From: Tubiluchus corallicola | Taxonomy: Eukaryota; Animalia; Priapulida | NCBI GenBank assembly: GCA_030141605.1 | Contig: JAQGDQ010000001.1 | Location: 1,426,001 to 1,490,000 of the forward strand | Direction: 5' to 3' | DNA length: 64,000 nt | Part shown: positions 1 through 14,600 of the stretch, piece after piece | Numbering within the stretch: the first letter of the stretch is position 1 | Layout of the letters: the number at the start of each line of letters is the position of its first letter | Program-made: the position numbers and the translations under genes | Notes under the pieces: model-generated | Told to the model about the DNA's origin: nothing | Seen by the model: the letters and a program-made list of their open reading frames with translations, nothing else | Databases searched by the model: none

Positions 1-609
1 AAGAAAATAATGGAATTGGCTGAAAATTTGAAAATTACCGCACGATGTTACAGATGCTTATGTAAAAGCACCAAAAAGGTTAGGTCATTCCCTTTGATTT
101 TGCCAAGGATACAGAAGTTTAGTTCTAAATTAAGGCATAAAAAGTAAATACCAGAAACAATTTTGTACATGTATGTCACTATTGTTACAATTTACAGCAA
201 GCCCTCTGTCCACTGCTTTCACTGCAGGCTAGGCGAAAGCATTTCTTTCATCAACAGACACAACTTTTCACTTCTTTAATGGGGACTTGGTCCCTACACT
301 CAACAATTTTTGCCTTGTTACTTTAGTTCCATTGCATCAAAAACATTCGCTCTGTGCTGCCGTCGTACACTTTCTTTTTCAGGAATTTCCGTGTACCATA
401 ATCTAGAGGATTAAGTCTCATTTTTCCTGATAACAAATCTCTATTCAGTGCTTTATTTTCTGTGGTGAAAACCAGGATGTAAATTGGTTGATTACTTTGT
501 TGTTTTACTGCCCTGTATTGAATGCTTTATACGTCAGTGCGGATGTTTCTTAATTATTGATGATTAGCTAACATTGTTCTGGCGTTTGAATTTTTAATGT
601 GCAAAAGTT

Positions 610-774
610 TTTTGGTTGTAACTGAAAAACTACTAAACCTATAAACTTATAACTTTCGGAGACAAATGCTAATACAATTTAATATCGTCCTGTGAAATTT
701 CAGCTTTGTATTGCACTTGCTTGTAATGTTATTGCAGTCTAAGCTCGTGCACATTTCTTCTGCGCCACCCGATA
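610..774. repeat. Dispersed repeat (Tc1-like MITE end); second copy at ~33640-33808
   Basis: GCACTTGCTTGTAATGTTATTGCAGTCTAA...GCCACCCGATATA aligns with GCACTTGCTTGTAATATTATTGTAGTCTAA...CACCACCCGATATA at 33748-33810. Confidence 0.6.
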
Positions 775-2016
775 TAAAAGTCAGCAAGAAATACTAGAAA
801 AGTCTTATTTGTCTTATAAGACAAATTATTGAAACTATCGGCGATTATTTTTACTAAGGTAATCAGTGATATCGGCAGGCTCTGCCAGTTAAGGAAACAA
901 GGTAATTTTTTATTTCTGCAATAAAGTTGATTTGTATATTAAGTAAGTGATCTCCTTTGTCTCTAAACTTCAAGCTGTGCTGGTCGCAGTCTTTTTTATC
1001 GTAGAAGTGTTACTGGTAATTTTGTGCTTATTACTTACTCTTGCAATTATTTTTTAAACAATAGTGTACAATATTTCTTCACTGAATTTAGTGAATTCTG
1101 TGGTATATTTGCTGAAAAATCATGTAAGTTCTACCTTGTGTAGAGTATCATTTTCTATTTTTATTGTGTATAATCTGTATAATAATTGAATTTTTCATAA
1201 ACCTTATGCTTCTAGTAACAACTATAGTAACCTGTGGTTGAAAAATGTTATTATAATAGCTTGTAACATTTTTGTCTGTAGCAGGTATTTGCAAAAATAT
1301 TTTAGTCTGCTAAGTGATAAATATTATTTAGAGATGTTTTGTTGCCGTGGTAAAGGTCTTGTGTTGCCAACTTTATGTTGCCCATATCATCATGGACCAT
1401 ATGAAGTGATTAATTTCCATGTTTTTGAGTAACTTGCATCTGGCATTTTTTATGGTTGTAATTGTTCTGAACATTATGGTTGTATGTTATATTAGTGTTA
1501 GACTTCATTGCACAAACATTCAATGCAGAGAGTAATTTCATGATTTTATCAGTGATGTAGCTTAATTGTAGTGTAGATACTGATGTTTGTTTTTAAAGCA
1601 AAATTTTTGAATCAAAAATATGGCAAAATTTAATATTGTATTTTTGTCTGTGATGAAATGCTTACACATGAGTTACTACACATGAGTTACACATGATTAC
1701 TTTAAAAAAGTTAGTCATCTCGTTAAAAAGCATTGTGTCCAATGATATGCTTTGTGTGTTGTAGACAGTAGTTACACTATATTATTTTTCATATTTGTAC
1801 GTTTTATGTAAACATTTCTGTGTATAAAATCTATATCAAACTTAATTTTACTAAACTAAAAACAAAATTAGGTTTATGTAACATAGGTAGTTACTTTTTA
1901 CCTAGTGTAAATGCTCGACATATAATTATTGTTTTATTTGTACAAGCAAATCAAAATGGTTGTGAGAACTGGTCTGATCCTTTTAGTTATGTACATCTAA
2001 CATATTAATTTCACTG

Positions 2017-2047
2017 GTGTGTGTGCCTGTGTGTGTGTGCCTGTGTG

Positions 2048-2078
<31 letters not shown>

Positions 2079-2090
2079 ATGTGTGTGCAT
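2017..2090. repeat. (GT)n/(GCGT)n microsatellite
   Basis: Direct reading. Confidence 0.95.
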
Positions 2091-5000
2091 GCATGCATTT
2101 GTGTATATAACTGCAGGGCTTCAACTCCAACGACTGCATCATTCTCGGCGAACTATATATCCAACAGAGTCTCAGTCTGGTGTGGTCCCATTGATAGTTT
2201 TGTTTTTTGAAACAGGATCACCGAGAGAAACAGGGGCCCAAAAACCTCCAAGAATTTCCATTTTCATCTGCTGTTTCACAAACCTATATCTCTTATTTCT
2301 AGAGAGCAGGAATGTGCCGGGGGGGTGGTATAGGTAATAATTAAATAGCCCATTCAGTGGCAGATGCAGTAGTGCTATTTAGAATTTGTAGGAGGGTCAT
2401 GATATCGCGCATTTTTCATTTGGACCAATAGCACGAAATTTACGAAAAACTGCCTCCAGGAAAAAGCAATTTGTGACACTGTTGGGAAAAAATAAGCTCA
2501 CTTCGGAAACAAGAAGGAACAGTCTACATTTTAAACGAAACGTAAATGGTGTATTTCGAAGTTCTTTTTCAACCCCCAGTATTGCACACGCTGTATGGAA
2601 CTCTCATTAACTTTACGTTTCTGAAAATATGCGGCTGTTCCGGGCTTGTCATTGTCCGTCATTCTAATGTGCTATACTCAGCTATAGCTTGCACATTACC
2701 ATCTGAGAAGCAGTTAGCAAAGTATAAGTACAAGTACAAATATCTCTGGGCAAAATTGTGTATAGTGCTTGCGCATTATTGATCATTGGTGGATATGTCT
2801 AATAACTTTTGTTTTAGCAGTTTCACTTTTTTCACAGTTTCAACTTTGTGCAACATGTTTTGCATGGTTTCACTAGGCTGTTGTGTTGTTGATGTTAGGG
2901 TAGTGTTATCTTTGCCGCGTGATATGGTTACTTTCATGTGAAGTGGTATGGTACAATACATTAGTGAGTTGTTGTTGTGGTGTAGGTGTGTGTTATCACT
3001 ATTTAATATAGTGTTTTGCATTGAGTGGTACGATACAGTAGTGGGTGTGGTGGGTTGTATGAGTGGTGTGGGTGTTATGGTGCAAAATTCTTTTCTGGGA
3101 TTTGGCTAGTTTTGTTAATGATCCATTAGGTGCATATTAATTGTAAAAAAGTTTAGCATTTATAGTGATAATGTTGAAAAAATTATTATTTTGCCAACCA
3201 TTTTTGTATGTCTATTGTTTAGGTCACTTGATAATTGCAATTAAAATTTAAATTAGTTTGCAGGTACAATGTACTGAGGTATCTTGTAATAGTCATTTAC
3301 AAAAATATTTTAATTTTAATATGAATCACAAATATGTAACAGTTTTTATAGTTTGATTGCTGAAGTGGGTCACTAAAAGCAATAATAATTAATTTTATGC
3401 AAATGCACAAAAAGCATTTCTTAAGCAGTTAAGGCGCAAAATCGTCTCATATGACCAACGAGTTTTCCTTTTTCTTTCCAAATCTACAAGTGTTATGTAC
3501 AAAGTATCACAACAAATTTTCATAGATTTAAAATTGGTAAATAAAATTGGTATGTTCACTGTCTGAAAGCAACCGTAAAGACAATGCTCTGTAATTTTAA
3601 CAACAGCAAAATGAAGGAATTTTTAGAATTCGAGTTAGCATGCATATTTTTGTAGATTTTTGAGAGAAAGCGCATATAGCTTGTCAAGTGCCAAAGCAAA
3701 TGTTGTTCATTAATTTTTACTAATTAAACCTAAATTGGTGGGGCTAAGAAGCTGAGAAACCCTAAAAATAATTGCAAAGAGCACATAATATTTTGCTCAC
3801 AATGCTCTCGGTTGGATAAAATGTTCGTTCAACTGGGTTTTGTTCAAACTTCGTTTTTGCTGCATGTCATTAACTGAAAAGTTTCCCCACGTGTTTAAAC
3901 TTCACTGTATTCTAAATGTTCTGATTGTGCTGCCACTCATTCTAATTGAAATGTGCAGGAGATGTGTGCAAAAAAATTAAAAATAAACAGACTTTATGCA
4001 TGCCATTTTGTCATCTTCAGATCCAGCAAGCAGTTTTTATTTATGTGAAGTTGTGTGTGTCTTATTTAAATTCTAATGCTGTACATTTAGACAACTGTAA
4101 CTGTACTGATGATAAAATACACTTACACTTCATTTAAATTTATCAATGAACAAACAATATCAGCAGTATAAATTTATTTAATTCGATAAAAACTTTTCAA
4201 GCATGCAAGCTGAAAAACAATGCTAACAAAAATAAATAATAAATATTCAATTTGCTATTAAGTTGGTTCGACTTATAAAACTTACAAGACAAGATCAAAA
4301 AGTTGTGGTATTTAAAACATACTTATCGTAAAATCCAAAATTATAAACTAAATTCCTTATTTGAAGCATAACAATAGTTATGAATTTTATAACTCAATTC
4401 AGCAGCTTGAGAGTTAAGAGCTTCTTGGACAGGCAGTAAGAAGTTCATAATCAAATAGCGATACAACTTGCTCCAACAACATTGGCTGCTCGGAATTGCT
4501 TTCAATCACTAAATGTAATAACTTTTATTAGAAATTTTGCTGCCAATTTACTTTCAATATTAATTATGCATTCATTGATTTAGTGGCATTGTTACTATCG
4601 ATCTAGCTGCCTTAATACATTGTGAAAGATAAATGCCAATGAAAAAATTGTGAGGTATAATTATTTAACTTCATTTATTGGCTTTAAAGGTCAAATTTAA
4701 TGTAAAAACAAGTTATCTTTGATTAGAAGTAACTTAACTAATGCTAACCGTAACTTAAAATTTGACAGTAATATTATTGCTGTCATGGCTTCTTTCACTT
4801 AACGAAATAGGGCCGCAAAGTTCTGCTCATGAAACTTCGGAAAATTGCAGACTTCATAAATGTGCTCACAACGGCTTTAGATTCTGCGTCGTTTCTGTGA
4901 CGCTGAATTTGTAAACAATGTTACTCAGCAAGGCAAATGTGAACCGTGATAACCAAACGCGAAAGCTGAAGTAACTAAGGACTGAGTTTTTGCTGGCATA

Positions 5001-5699
5001 ATCTAACGAGTAAAACGTGCGAAATCAAATTCCAGACTTTCTTCGGAAATTACAGCGCCACATCGATTTCCTCTTACACAAATCACCAAGAAAAAGTTAA
5101 AAGTATCAGAGAATCTTAGTTTCTTTCTTTCTGTTTTCGTGTAAAACTGAAACTTCATAAAGTATGTTGTATTTCAGCTTTAACCTTTGACTACTATAAT
5201 ACACTTACATATCACTATAGTGAAACTTTGGCCTAAACTAAGCTGTAACATATTAATAGCCTTCATACTTTGGAATGAAAAATACAGAGCAATTGTCTTC
5301 TATAACAGCAGAAAATTTCAGAATCAGTACACTAAGTCTAATCTCTTGGAATGTGGACATATATCGAAAATGGGCAGGTGACTGTAACAGTTATTCTTCT
5401 TTTGAACATACATTTTGAGCATTGCTGAGTAATTACTACTTAATAACATGAACTTCTAATTGATTTTCTTTAACTTAGACTTGTTACCCATGAACTTCTA
5501 CAGCATGATAGACAAGGAAAACCTCTGCAAAATGCATCTATATCAAAGCAAAATCACTATAAGCCTAATTACAAAAGTACCGGTGTGCAATAAAATAACA
5601 ATCATCATTCTTACTTGCTATGTCACAAACTGAATCTCAGTAAAAACAGATCACAATAAATACCCATCACTAATACTTTATTAGAAGCACCATATTGCT

Positions 5700-8600
5700 T
5701 CACACATTCAGCTTACCACGTAATGCATACTTATGCCGCCGCCGAACATAGAAAAGATAATAACACAATACAAGAATGCACAGCATCATTGCATAGACAA
5801 ACAAGCATAAACTTATATCCACATTATTCATGCCCCACACAGATGGGTATGATTGTGGCCTAAGCGCTGTACTTAGTTGTTTTTTATGTACCTCATTACT
5901 TTTGTTGTGTTCTGTTTCAACCACAAAATTATTTTCAAAGTTTGCCTGTAAAGAATCACCATTAATTACCTGAATGGTAAAGTTTTTCAGCTGGTTGGGT
6001 ATCACTAGCTTAATATTAGATTGTTTGGGCAAGCGGATACTATCTTGCGTGTTCGTCTCCTCTAAACGAACACTGTCAGCATATAACCAAAGCAAAAAGT
6101 TCAAAACTTCTGCTTTGTTCCAGGTGTCTTCTAAGCCTGTTTTCCTACATTTAGGACAAAACTCTTCTGGTGGAAATTGCACTTTAGGAAACTGTGGATC
6201 TTCACTAAGATCACCAGCCAGACGTTTATTAACTTTGTTATGACTCTGCCATAGCCAAAACATTGCATCCTCTGTACTGTTTACATTTGCTCTTATTTCC
6301 ACAGCCATTTTCTGAAAGTTCTTTCCACATTCTCGACAGCCAAAGAAATACTTTACAAATGACCATATGCAGAACAGCACTTGCCTAGGATCTGCATTTG
6401 TGTCTAAAAAACAAAAAAGATGAATATATCTTTTTAATACATGTAAAATAAACTGCATTTTGCAGAAAACAAAGAAAGAACGTCTTATTTTTAGACAAAC
6501 AATATAAAACTTTGACAAATCGTTTAGCAAAATCGAAAAAAATATTCTGCTGACTTTAGATCTAAGAATGGTAAGAGTGACACTTAATAATTTCGAAAAT
6601 TGAAGTTAATACGTGTAATTCACTCTGAGTGGCAGACGGAAAAAGTAAACCAAAGCAATGTTTGCCAATTTACTAGTCAGTAATTATCAATTTTATGTAG
6701 ACAATGGCCATTGGCGTTGTTTGGGGCAATTCGCATAAAAAATTAGTCTTATGTGAGGTAATGGCATCATAGTGATTCAACGAGTGAGGACCTGCCCAAA
6801 CACCTATCAAAAGCTACTGACACGCTTACTGAAATATTGTACTTTTAACACCCTTTCCTTCAACAACAAACATCCTTTAATTAATGATCAACTTTTCAAA
6901 AAACAACAAATCAAAAGTGACTGACAACAATCACTTTTAAAACATCTGTTGCAACAAACCTTTGTCTCTGTTGATAATTTTATGTGCTCCCACAGTAAGT
7001 GTATGGAATAAAACCCAAAGCCCACAAGGGTAACCTCTATAATGGGGTCGACTACCACGGCATCCAATCCATTTAGTCTCTGTTGGGAGGCCTGTCATTT
7101 CCCACTAAAAGTTTACGTGCAAAATATTATGTAATTTCATTGCAAAATGGCAAAAACTAACAAGACATTAGTAAGTCAAAGGGCAAAAACTAAAGTTTTA
7201 CTTGTCTAAAATTTACACATTATACCAAAAAATCTCATAAAAACATGCTTCAAACATTTGTGAAAGCCAAAGATTGCAGACAGCAAAAGGTTCATGATTT
7301 TTAAAGGACTAAAAAACCAAGTGTTGTAAATGGCAACAACTTTAAATAACAAAATTTGATCAACTAATAAACATTATCTAAAAAACAAATGTTAAGTTAA
7401 AAGTTTCAATGGGGTAACAATTGAATTGTGTTTACTGATTCATATAATGTTAGTTGACAATTATAAAAATTGTGTATCTCTGGGTAATACATTATACTCA
7501 ATGTATGAATTGTGCACTAGTCCAACTAAGATCACGTACGTGTAATCGACAATAATTAATTAGCTAGAAAATTACAATTGCAGTTACCAATACATCATAC
7601 TATATCACAGTTATAGTATATATATATGTTTCTGTAATGGTGAGAATTCGCATGTTCAATTCAAGTTTCATGTATTACGTGCGTGCGTCTATCGTTCTAG
7701 CACTTACGCTACACAGTAACTAAAATTCTCTGCTAAAGATAGGGTTGCTAAAGACTTTGTAAAAAGTTTAATCTGTTGACGTTTTATGTCGTTATGTACA
7801 GAATATCTAACACAGACACGGTACATTCCATGTACATCGTTGCCACCACTTTCAAATTTTCAGTTATCCATATCTGTACAAAGTGAATAAAGTAAAGATG
7901 CTAAGAGGTGCTATGAAACAGGTGATACAGAACTTGATACAGAAATGTTTCATTTTTGTGGCCTGACAGCTGCTAACAGGTGAAACCATAAACACAAACC
8001 AAAAATGAAAAACCTGGTCTAATTACATAAATTTCAGATTAAGACTACTTTACTAACAAAAACAAATATACTGTCATTTTCCTGCCATAAATCCACAAGT
8101 ACCATTTTTCACAGGGTAAAACAAATCACTAATATCTCCCATCTCACTTCAACGGGGTGCATTGTGGAAGACATGAAGTTTACCGGTTGCAACCTGCTAT
8201 ACTCATCAGGCTGTAACAGAGTTGCGCCTAGACCCATCTCAGATGCATCAAACTGAAGTGTGACTGGCTTTATATTCATTAAGAAAGAAAAACAATGGGT
8301 ACTGCTGAATAATGCTTTTGCTCTGTTGAATGATTGTTCATGAACATTTGTCCCGAAAAATTGCATGTCATTTCATGTCAGGCAATGCAAAGGATTAATG
8401 ACCATGGTAAGACGTTCACTTTCTCTTTCAAAACCTATATCTAGTAATTAACAGTTTCATTCTGAAAGTTTCGTTAAAACAAAACTTACAAAACAGAGAG
8501 GATGTTGGCATAGGGACTATTTTAGTGTAAAATCAATCCACATTTTGTAGCGTAGGAGTAAAGATTGTTCAAGACAAGTAGTTCTAAAATGAACACAGCT

Positions 8601-11600
8601 AGATTCAAGACAATTGTGAATAAAATGTTAACTTAATATTTTTAATCGTGAGTGACATCTTTCAACTACGTGACTTTCAGTTTCAAAAAATAATTTTCTG
8701 AGAAAAATTTCAAAATTTACCATTTGAATTGAATTTTGTGTGCATGTTTACGAATGAATTTTTTGCTATTAATTCTCAATTATTATGTCTACTTGACATG
8801 TGAGTGAGCATATCAAGTAAACAAATGACACAGTCCACATGTTTGTAGAAAAAGTCTCTAATAATCAATCCTGTGATTGCAAAGAGGAAAATAATTTACT
8901 TGAATACTTCAAAAAAAGATGTTTTTCAATAAAAACACTAAATGGCCAAAAACAATCACAAAAAATCAAATTAGTCACAGCATAAAACTGCATTGAGAGA
9001 TATAAATAGTTCATAGGATAACATATTACACAACACAACAGGAGTGACAGATTTTGTATTCTGCCAACTGTTTTAATCATCTGCAAATATGATCACAAGG
9101 CTCATATCCACAAACTGGGCCCGTAAAAATTAGTAAATAGAAAACACATTTAAATTTAAACAACAATCAATTACAACTCAAGGATCACATCTCTATGTTT
9201 AACACTAACACTCCCAGTACACAATACCTGCAACAAAATTTGAGGAAAACATAAATAAGACTAACCTCTTTTTTCATGAAGTCTGTTAACATTTGTGGAT
9301 TGAGTTCCTTGTCTGCTTGTTGCAGCCAAGTGTGCAACCTACGAAGAAAGTCTAGCAGCAATGGTCGTCCAGGCAAATACTATAAATGCAAATTTGCAAA
9401 AATTCTTAATCGGTTGTGAACATGAAATGCAAAATTACATAGTAATTTTAGGATAAAAACTTACCATTGTAAATTCTTTAGAATTTGTTTTGTATGTATG
9501 TGTGAACTACAAACATTTACAAGAAATCGTGTACAAACAATTTATTTTATTAAAATAAATCATTACCTTATAAAACTATTAAATAAAATGGACAAAAAGA
9601 CGAACACACTTATTTATAGTTGCTGGGACAACAAACTATGCTAGCCATAGGCTACTATAAGAAACCCTTAACAAACACAAGAACACTGAGACGCCATGAT
9701 TAAAAAACAGAGATAACAATTTTTTTGTGCCGGTACAGGTGGTCGTGAGATTCGATTTTGTGAGATTCGAGCAGAGTAGTATGCACTGTCATTTGCTTTA
9801 GCTATTTGGCCATCCTTACTCGCAGATTATAGACAATGAAGCTTGTGTACAAATTACAAAACACACAAACAAACTTTAGAACACATGCTATACTTTTCTC
9901 AAAATTATTTCATACTTTTGCCAGAGCAGCACAGTAAGCTTTCAGTGCATCAAGCATTTCTCCAGCTAAAATGCTTTGTCTTGCAGCCTCCATGGCCAAG
10001 GAGTAATAAATAACACTTTCTAAATCTCTCACATAAACGGCATTTCTTGGGTACAACCTAATAAAAAATCAATAATTTCACATAACAGTAGATAGGAATA
10101 ATCACTCATACATGCAAGAGTATTCATGGTACTGCACCCAATTACTCCAGTGACAGTTTTTTCTCTTGTTGACAAAGCTAACAAGGTTTTCGTAAAAGGC
10201 AAACAGCCACATTCGCTATTATACTTTTACTAGCCACAGGAAAATATACAGAAATTTTATGAATGAAAATAAACATACGGAATTTTTATGACATCAGCAA
10301 ATGTTTTGTAAAGAACAGATAGACTGAAACCAGAGTTACCAGACAAACATAATACAAAAATATTCTTTCAACTAGGTGTGGTGATTTCTGTTTTAATAAG
10401 AGCAGTTACTGTCTAAATCTGATCTTGATTCAAATCTTTTTATGAATCACTTTAAAGAAAACTAGGCAGTTCACATTTCATGTAGTTTTGTTTAGTGTCA
10501 AGAAATCAAAATAAGTGCAAAATTTAACAAAGGGGCATTACTACAAAACTAAAAAAGCACATCAAAATCAAAACTATGTTTCCTCCAGTTACCAGGCTTT
10601 GAAAGGTGTAGTACATAGGTTTTAACATCATGCCAGTACTGCTGTTTATCAGAATTTTTGTCATCACTTAATGTTTGCTGTCAATGCGCAACATATGGTA
10701 AGCAGACAGCATGTCACATAAAACAATTTACTACTTCTTTAGTAAAATGTCAAGAATGCATTAACACTAATGCAACTTTTACCAAGATCTTAATAAATGA
10801 AACTTCAAACTATTTCACATTTATTAGTCTGCAATCCTCTTTATATTTAACCATTTTATGAAATCAGGAATCAATCTTACTATATTAAAAACAAAAATAG
10901 TATCTTGCCAAATGGATTGTGAGGGGCAAATAACTGTTATAATGAAGGTATTGTAAATTAAACAACATTTAAAACAAAAGTAGAAGCATGAACAAATTTA
11001 AAACAGAAACAATTCTAATTTACCGTTATTCATAAGAGTCACTATATTAAAGCAAGAGCTCCTCACCCCAGTTACCATGCATCGCTGGATTTCGGGGCTT
11101 AACTGGAACCTTCACATGGCACTGGGCTATTCCGCTATGTTGCCATAACCCTAACGGTAGCTGCATACTCCTCCCAAGCTGACTAGAATGCCCTTACAAG
11201 TAATGAACATAGCAAGTGCCAGTTGAAACAACCAGCAAGGCAACTGAACAAACAAAAATATGAGCTATGCGTACGCCCACCTAGTTACAAAACTAGCACT
11301 GCAAGCGCACTGTGTCAACATCACTCCAGTCAGCCAAGGAAAAGCACTACTCCTTATGACATGATGTCAACTGCTGCATTAACCAACCAAAGGAGTTAAA
11401 ACACACAGGAAAAAGACTAGTTCACTGTTATTCATAAGTTCCTTCTGCATTAGTAGTTAACATGCTTCACAAGGTTTCAGGGCTTAATCGGACTCTAAAC
11501 ATGGCCTACATGGCTGGAAACAATTCTGTAAAAATGAGTGTACCCTTACATTTTTGAAGGAGCTTCACTAGGTATCTTGTACTTAGTACCATCGTCTTCA

Positions 11601-14600
11601 GCTGCTATGGATACCAGGTCCTTGTGATAACTTCGAGTATGAAAACTTCGAAGTGCTGTCAGAAAATCAGCACGTTCTGTTGAGCCACTATGAAAAACCA
11701 TTCACAAAAACACTCTAAATTTACAAGAGAATATAAAACAAGCACATAAATACCTCTTTCGTAAAACTGTATTGCATTGTCTAAACGGTTAATAAATGAC
11801 AATACATGACAGGCCTTCTTTTGACTACTGGTACCGTTGATTGATTTACTTTCAAACCGGTTGCCCAAATGAGCATTTAAAGAAATTTCTCAAACATGTC
11901 GCCTGTAAGGCAAAAGTTACAATTCACAATAAAAATTATAATCTTATAAACAGGAAACATAGTGATACATACGGACTTAGGATCCTGCATCTACTGCTTC
12001 TAAAGCACAATAATACTGATGGCAATGATGTAGCACCCTTTTGCTGCATTAATCTTCTTGTGTCTTCTGTGTCAAATACACGTATTGTTCTTATGGCTTT
12101 TACGTTTCTTGTATCTAGAATGAGCTGAAAAAATGTTTCTGTATTTAGCACAAAGCACATACCTACAGGCTACAGCTTGATGATTTTGTTTTATTTTTCA
12201 TTCTTATACCAGAAAGAAAACTTAATGATGTCTACTATTCAGACTCTCAAAAAAATTGAAAGAACTGCAAAAAAAAATTGGAGCACTGTGCTAACATAGA
12301 GATCACATACAAAACAGAGAATGTGATCTGCTTTTAAATGCATGATTTTCTTTTGTGACTAACTTTGAAAAAAATTAATAACTTGCACAGTTTTTTATTT
12401 GTCTTAGAAACACGTGAAATCACATTCGTTGGTCAGATTCCATGCTCCTTTCCTCAATTTTTTGAATTATTAGCTAAATTCAAAACATATTATAAAACAA
12501 CATTAATAAAAAAACTTGCACATCAAAAATAGAATCTGATTTAAAACAGATATGAGAAAATGCAAATAATTTACAAGCATCTTGTACTGTTTTACAATGA
12601 TACATCACCCTACCACAACTCAGGGTGAAAATTCACTGGTCTAATCATATACCCATCTCGCATCTAACTACATCAAACACTTGTTCATCATCTGCACTGT
12701 CCGGGAGTGCAATTTGCTCAAAGAGGATGTGGTAATGTCTCCATCGCCTGCTTTCTTCATGCACTCTTTATGAAAATAATCCAGCGATGGACACTGGGAC
12801 TCGCTGAGGGATCTTCCCGATACATAAAGCAATGTCCCTGCCATAAGCTTACTGCACCTACTATTCTTACATTCACAATCACTTATCACTTGGTTTCCAA
12901 ATGCCTATAGAATTTTCATTATCCCTTAGCCACTATGCATCACAGACTAACTGTTTTAGCATGCGCATCTACACTAAGCTTGAGACTTCCAGTTGAAGTT
13001 AGGGGAACAAGACAAGATTTAAAATAGTGTAACAAATAAGCAACGTGTAAGTACTGGTACCTGTCTTCCAAGAATGGAATCGGGTTTTTCATAAATCAAC
13101 AAGTGATGAGCACGATTTTGATTTGGCTCATCCCACAAACTTTCTATACTTTCTAACCTATAACGAAAACACAGCTTGCATACAAAAAATATGAAAAAAT
13201 GCAAGACACATGTAGAAAATGAACATTGAATTTGTATTTAATTACTTAATACATAGTTTCGCAAACACATTTAATTTAATGCAAGACAAAAGCAACTATC
13301 AAGTGCATGATTTAAATTTAATAATATATTTATATGCCATTTTCTGCTATTGCAGAGCTAATAATAGGCACTACATACTGCAATAATGGATGTAGAATAG
13401 GCCATGAAAGTGGTACTTCTCTAGAAGTGTGTGTCTCCAAGTGCTCAAAGATACTTTTCAGCAGTTCAGGTAGAATCAAATCATGTGTCAACTTTACTGC
13501 AGAACCAGTATCATTTTCTAAGCTGAAGGCTTTAAACAACTAAAAGGCACCAAGAAAAATTACTATTATAAGTGCATAGATAACAAAGCAAAGCCAAAAC
13601 TAGTTTTAATTAACAATAAAATCTCTTTAACAATTAAATCAAATTAATTAACTTGAATCTCTAAATATATAATATCATTATTAAAAACTATGATTTCTAA
13701 TCATCTATAATCAAGTAATCGTGCCAATGCCTGCACACTACTAGTACTACATAAGCTTAGCTACCAGATAGACTGATCAAATTTTAAGATATTTTGTTTA
13801 AATATGAGTTAATATACAGCAATTTGCGATTTACGGAGAGATATACACAGAAAATTATGAATCTGAATAATAAAAAATTATAGCCAATTGCTAGACTGCC
13901 AAAGTTGGCAAGGGGCTGACTGTTCACTTTATTCAAATTTAATTTATAACATACTTATACATGTGGCAATAAAATATACATATAAAAATCCCCACAAACA
14001 AATAAAAGATTAAAAAAGCAAGAATCATATGCTACTTGTATATTATGAATATTGTTGAGTAGTAATAGTAGCAGCAGTAGCAGTAGCAGCAGAAGCAGCA
14101 GCTGTAGTAGAACAATATGGCCATTGTCATGTTATTACAGAAAGTATTAATACAGTAGTCTGCGAAAACAGATATTTAAATTCGCACTAAGAACAGAAAT
14201 ATAAATACAGTATTAACAACATTAAAATTAAGACTAATACCAAACAATTCAGCTGAGAAGCTATAAAACATCATTAGCAAATTAGCTAATACTTCCTCAT
14301 CAAGATTGAAAAAGTCCTTCCAAGTATTTAAGGTGACAATTATTTGTTTCTAATGCAATCCATTTTTTTGCACGTCAAAATTATATGCTTCTCATCTTGT
14401 ACGCTTATACCATTGCAGGTACACTATCTCAAGTTTCTAGGAATTAGTGATCTGACTCAAGTTCTCGTCTCATGTTTTAAGTGATGAGTAACAATTAACA
14501 ATGACAAAACTAATTTTGTATAGTTTTGTCACAAAGTAATATTCAAATATCACTTTAGATTTTTATCTTACTCAAGTCAGTTAAATTATTGTAATTTTTG

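Noticed and set aside
2017-2337. ORFs with CV/VC repeats
   Set aside because: Translation of a (GT)n microsatellite and adjacent repeat-like DNA.
4684-5183. Possible TTAA-flanked Kolobok-like MITE downstream of QSOX-A
   Set aside because: Inverted terminal similarity is too short and degenerate to support in AT-rich DNA.
5974-6243. Antisense ORFs over QSOX exons (also 11841-12128, 13334-13543, 30973-31182, 35501-35737)
   Set aside because: Shadows of the real coding strand; similarity between them reflects the QSOX duplication.
11659-11868. 69-aa ORF between QSOX-A exons 5 and 6 as a possible extra exon
   Set aside because: No in-phase acceptor found, no counterpart in copy B, and exons 5 and 6 join cleanly.
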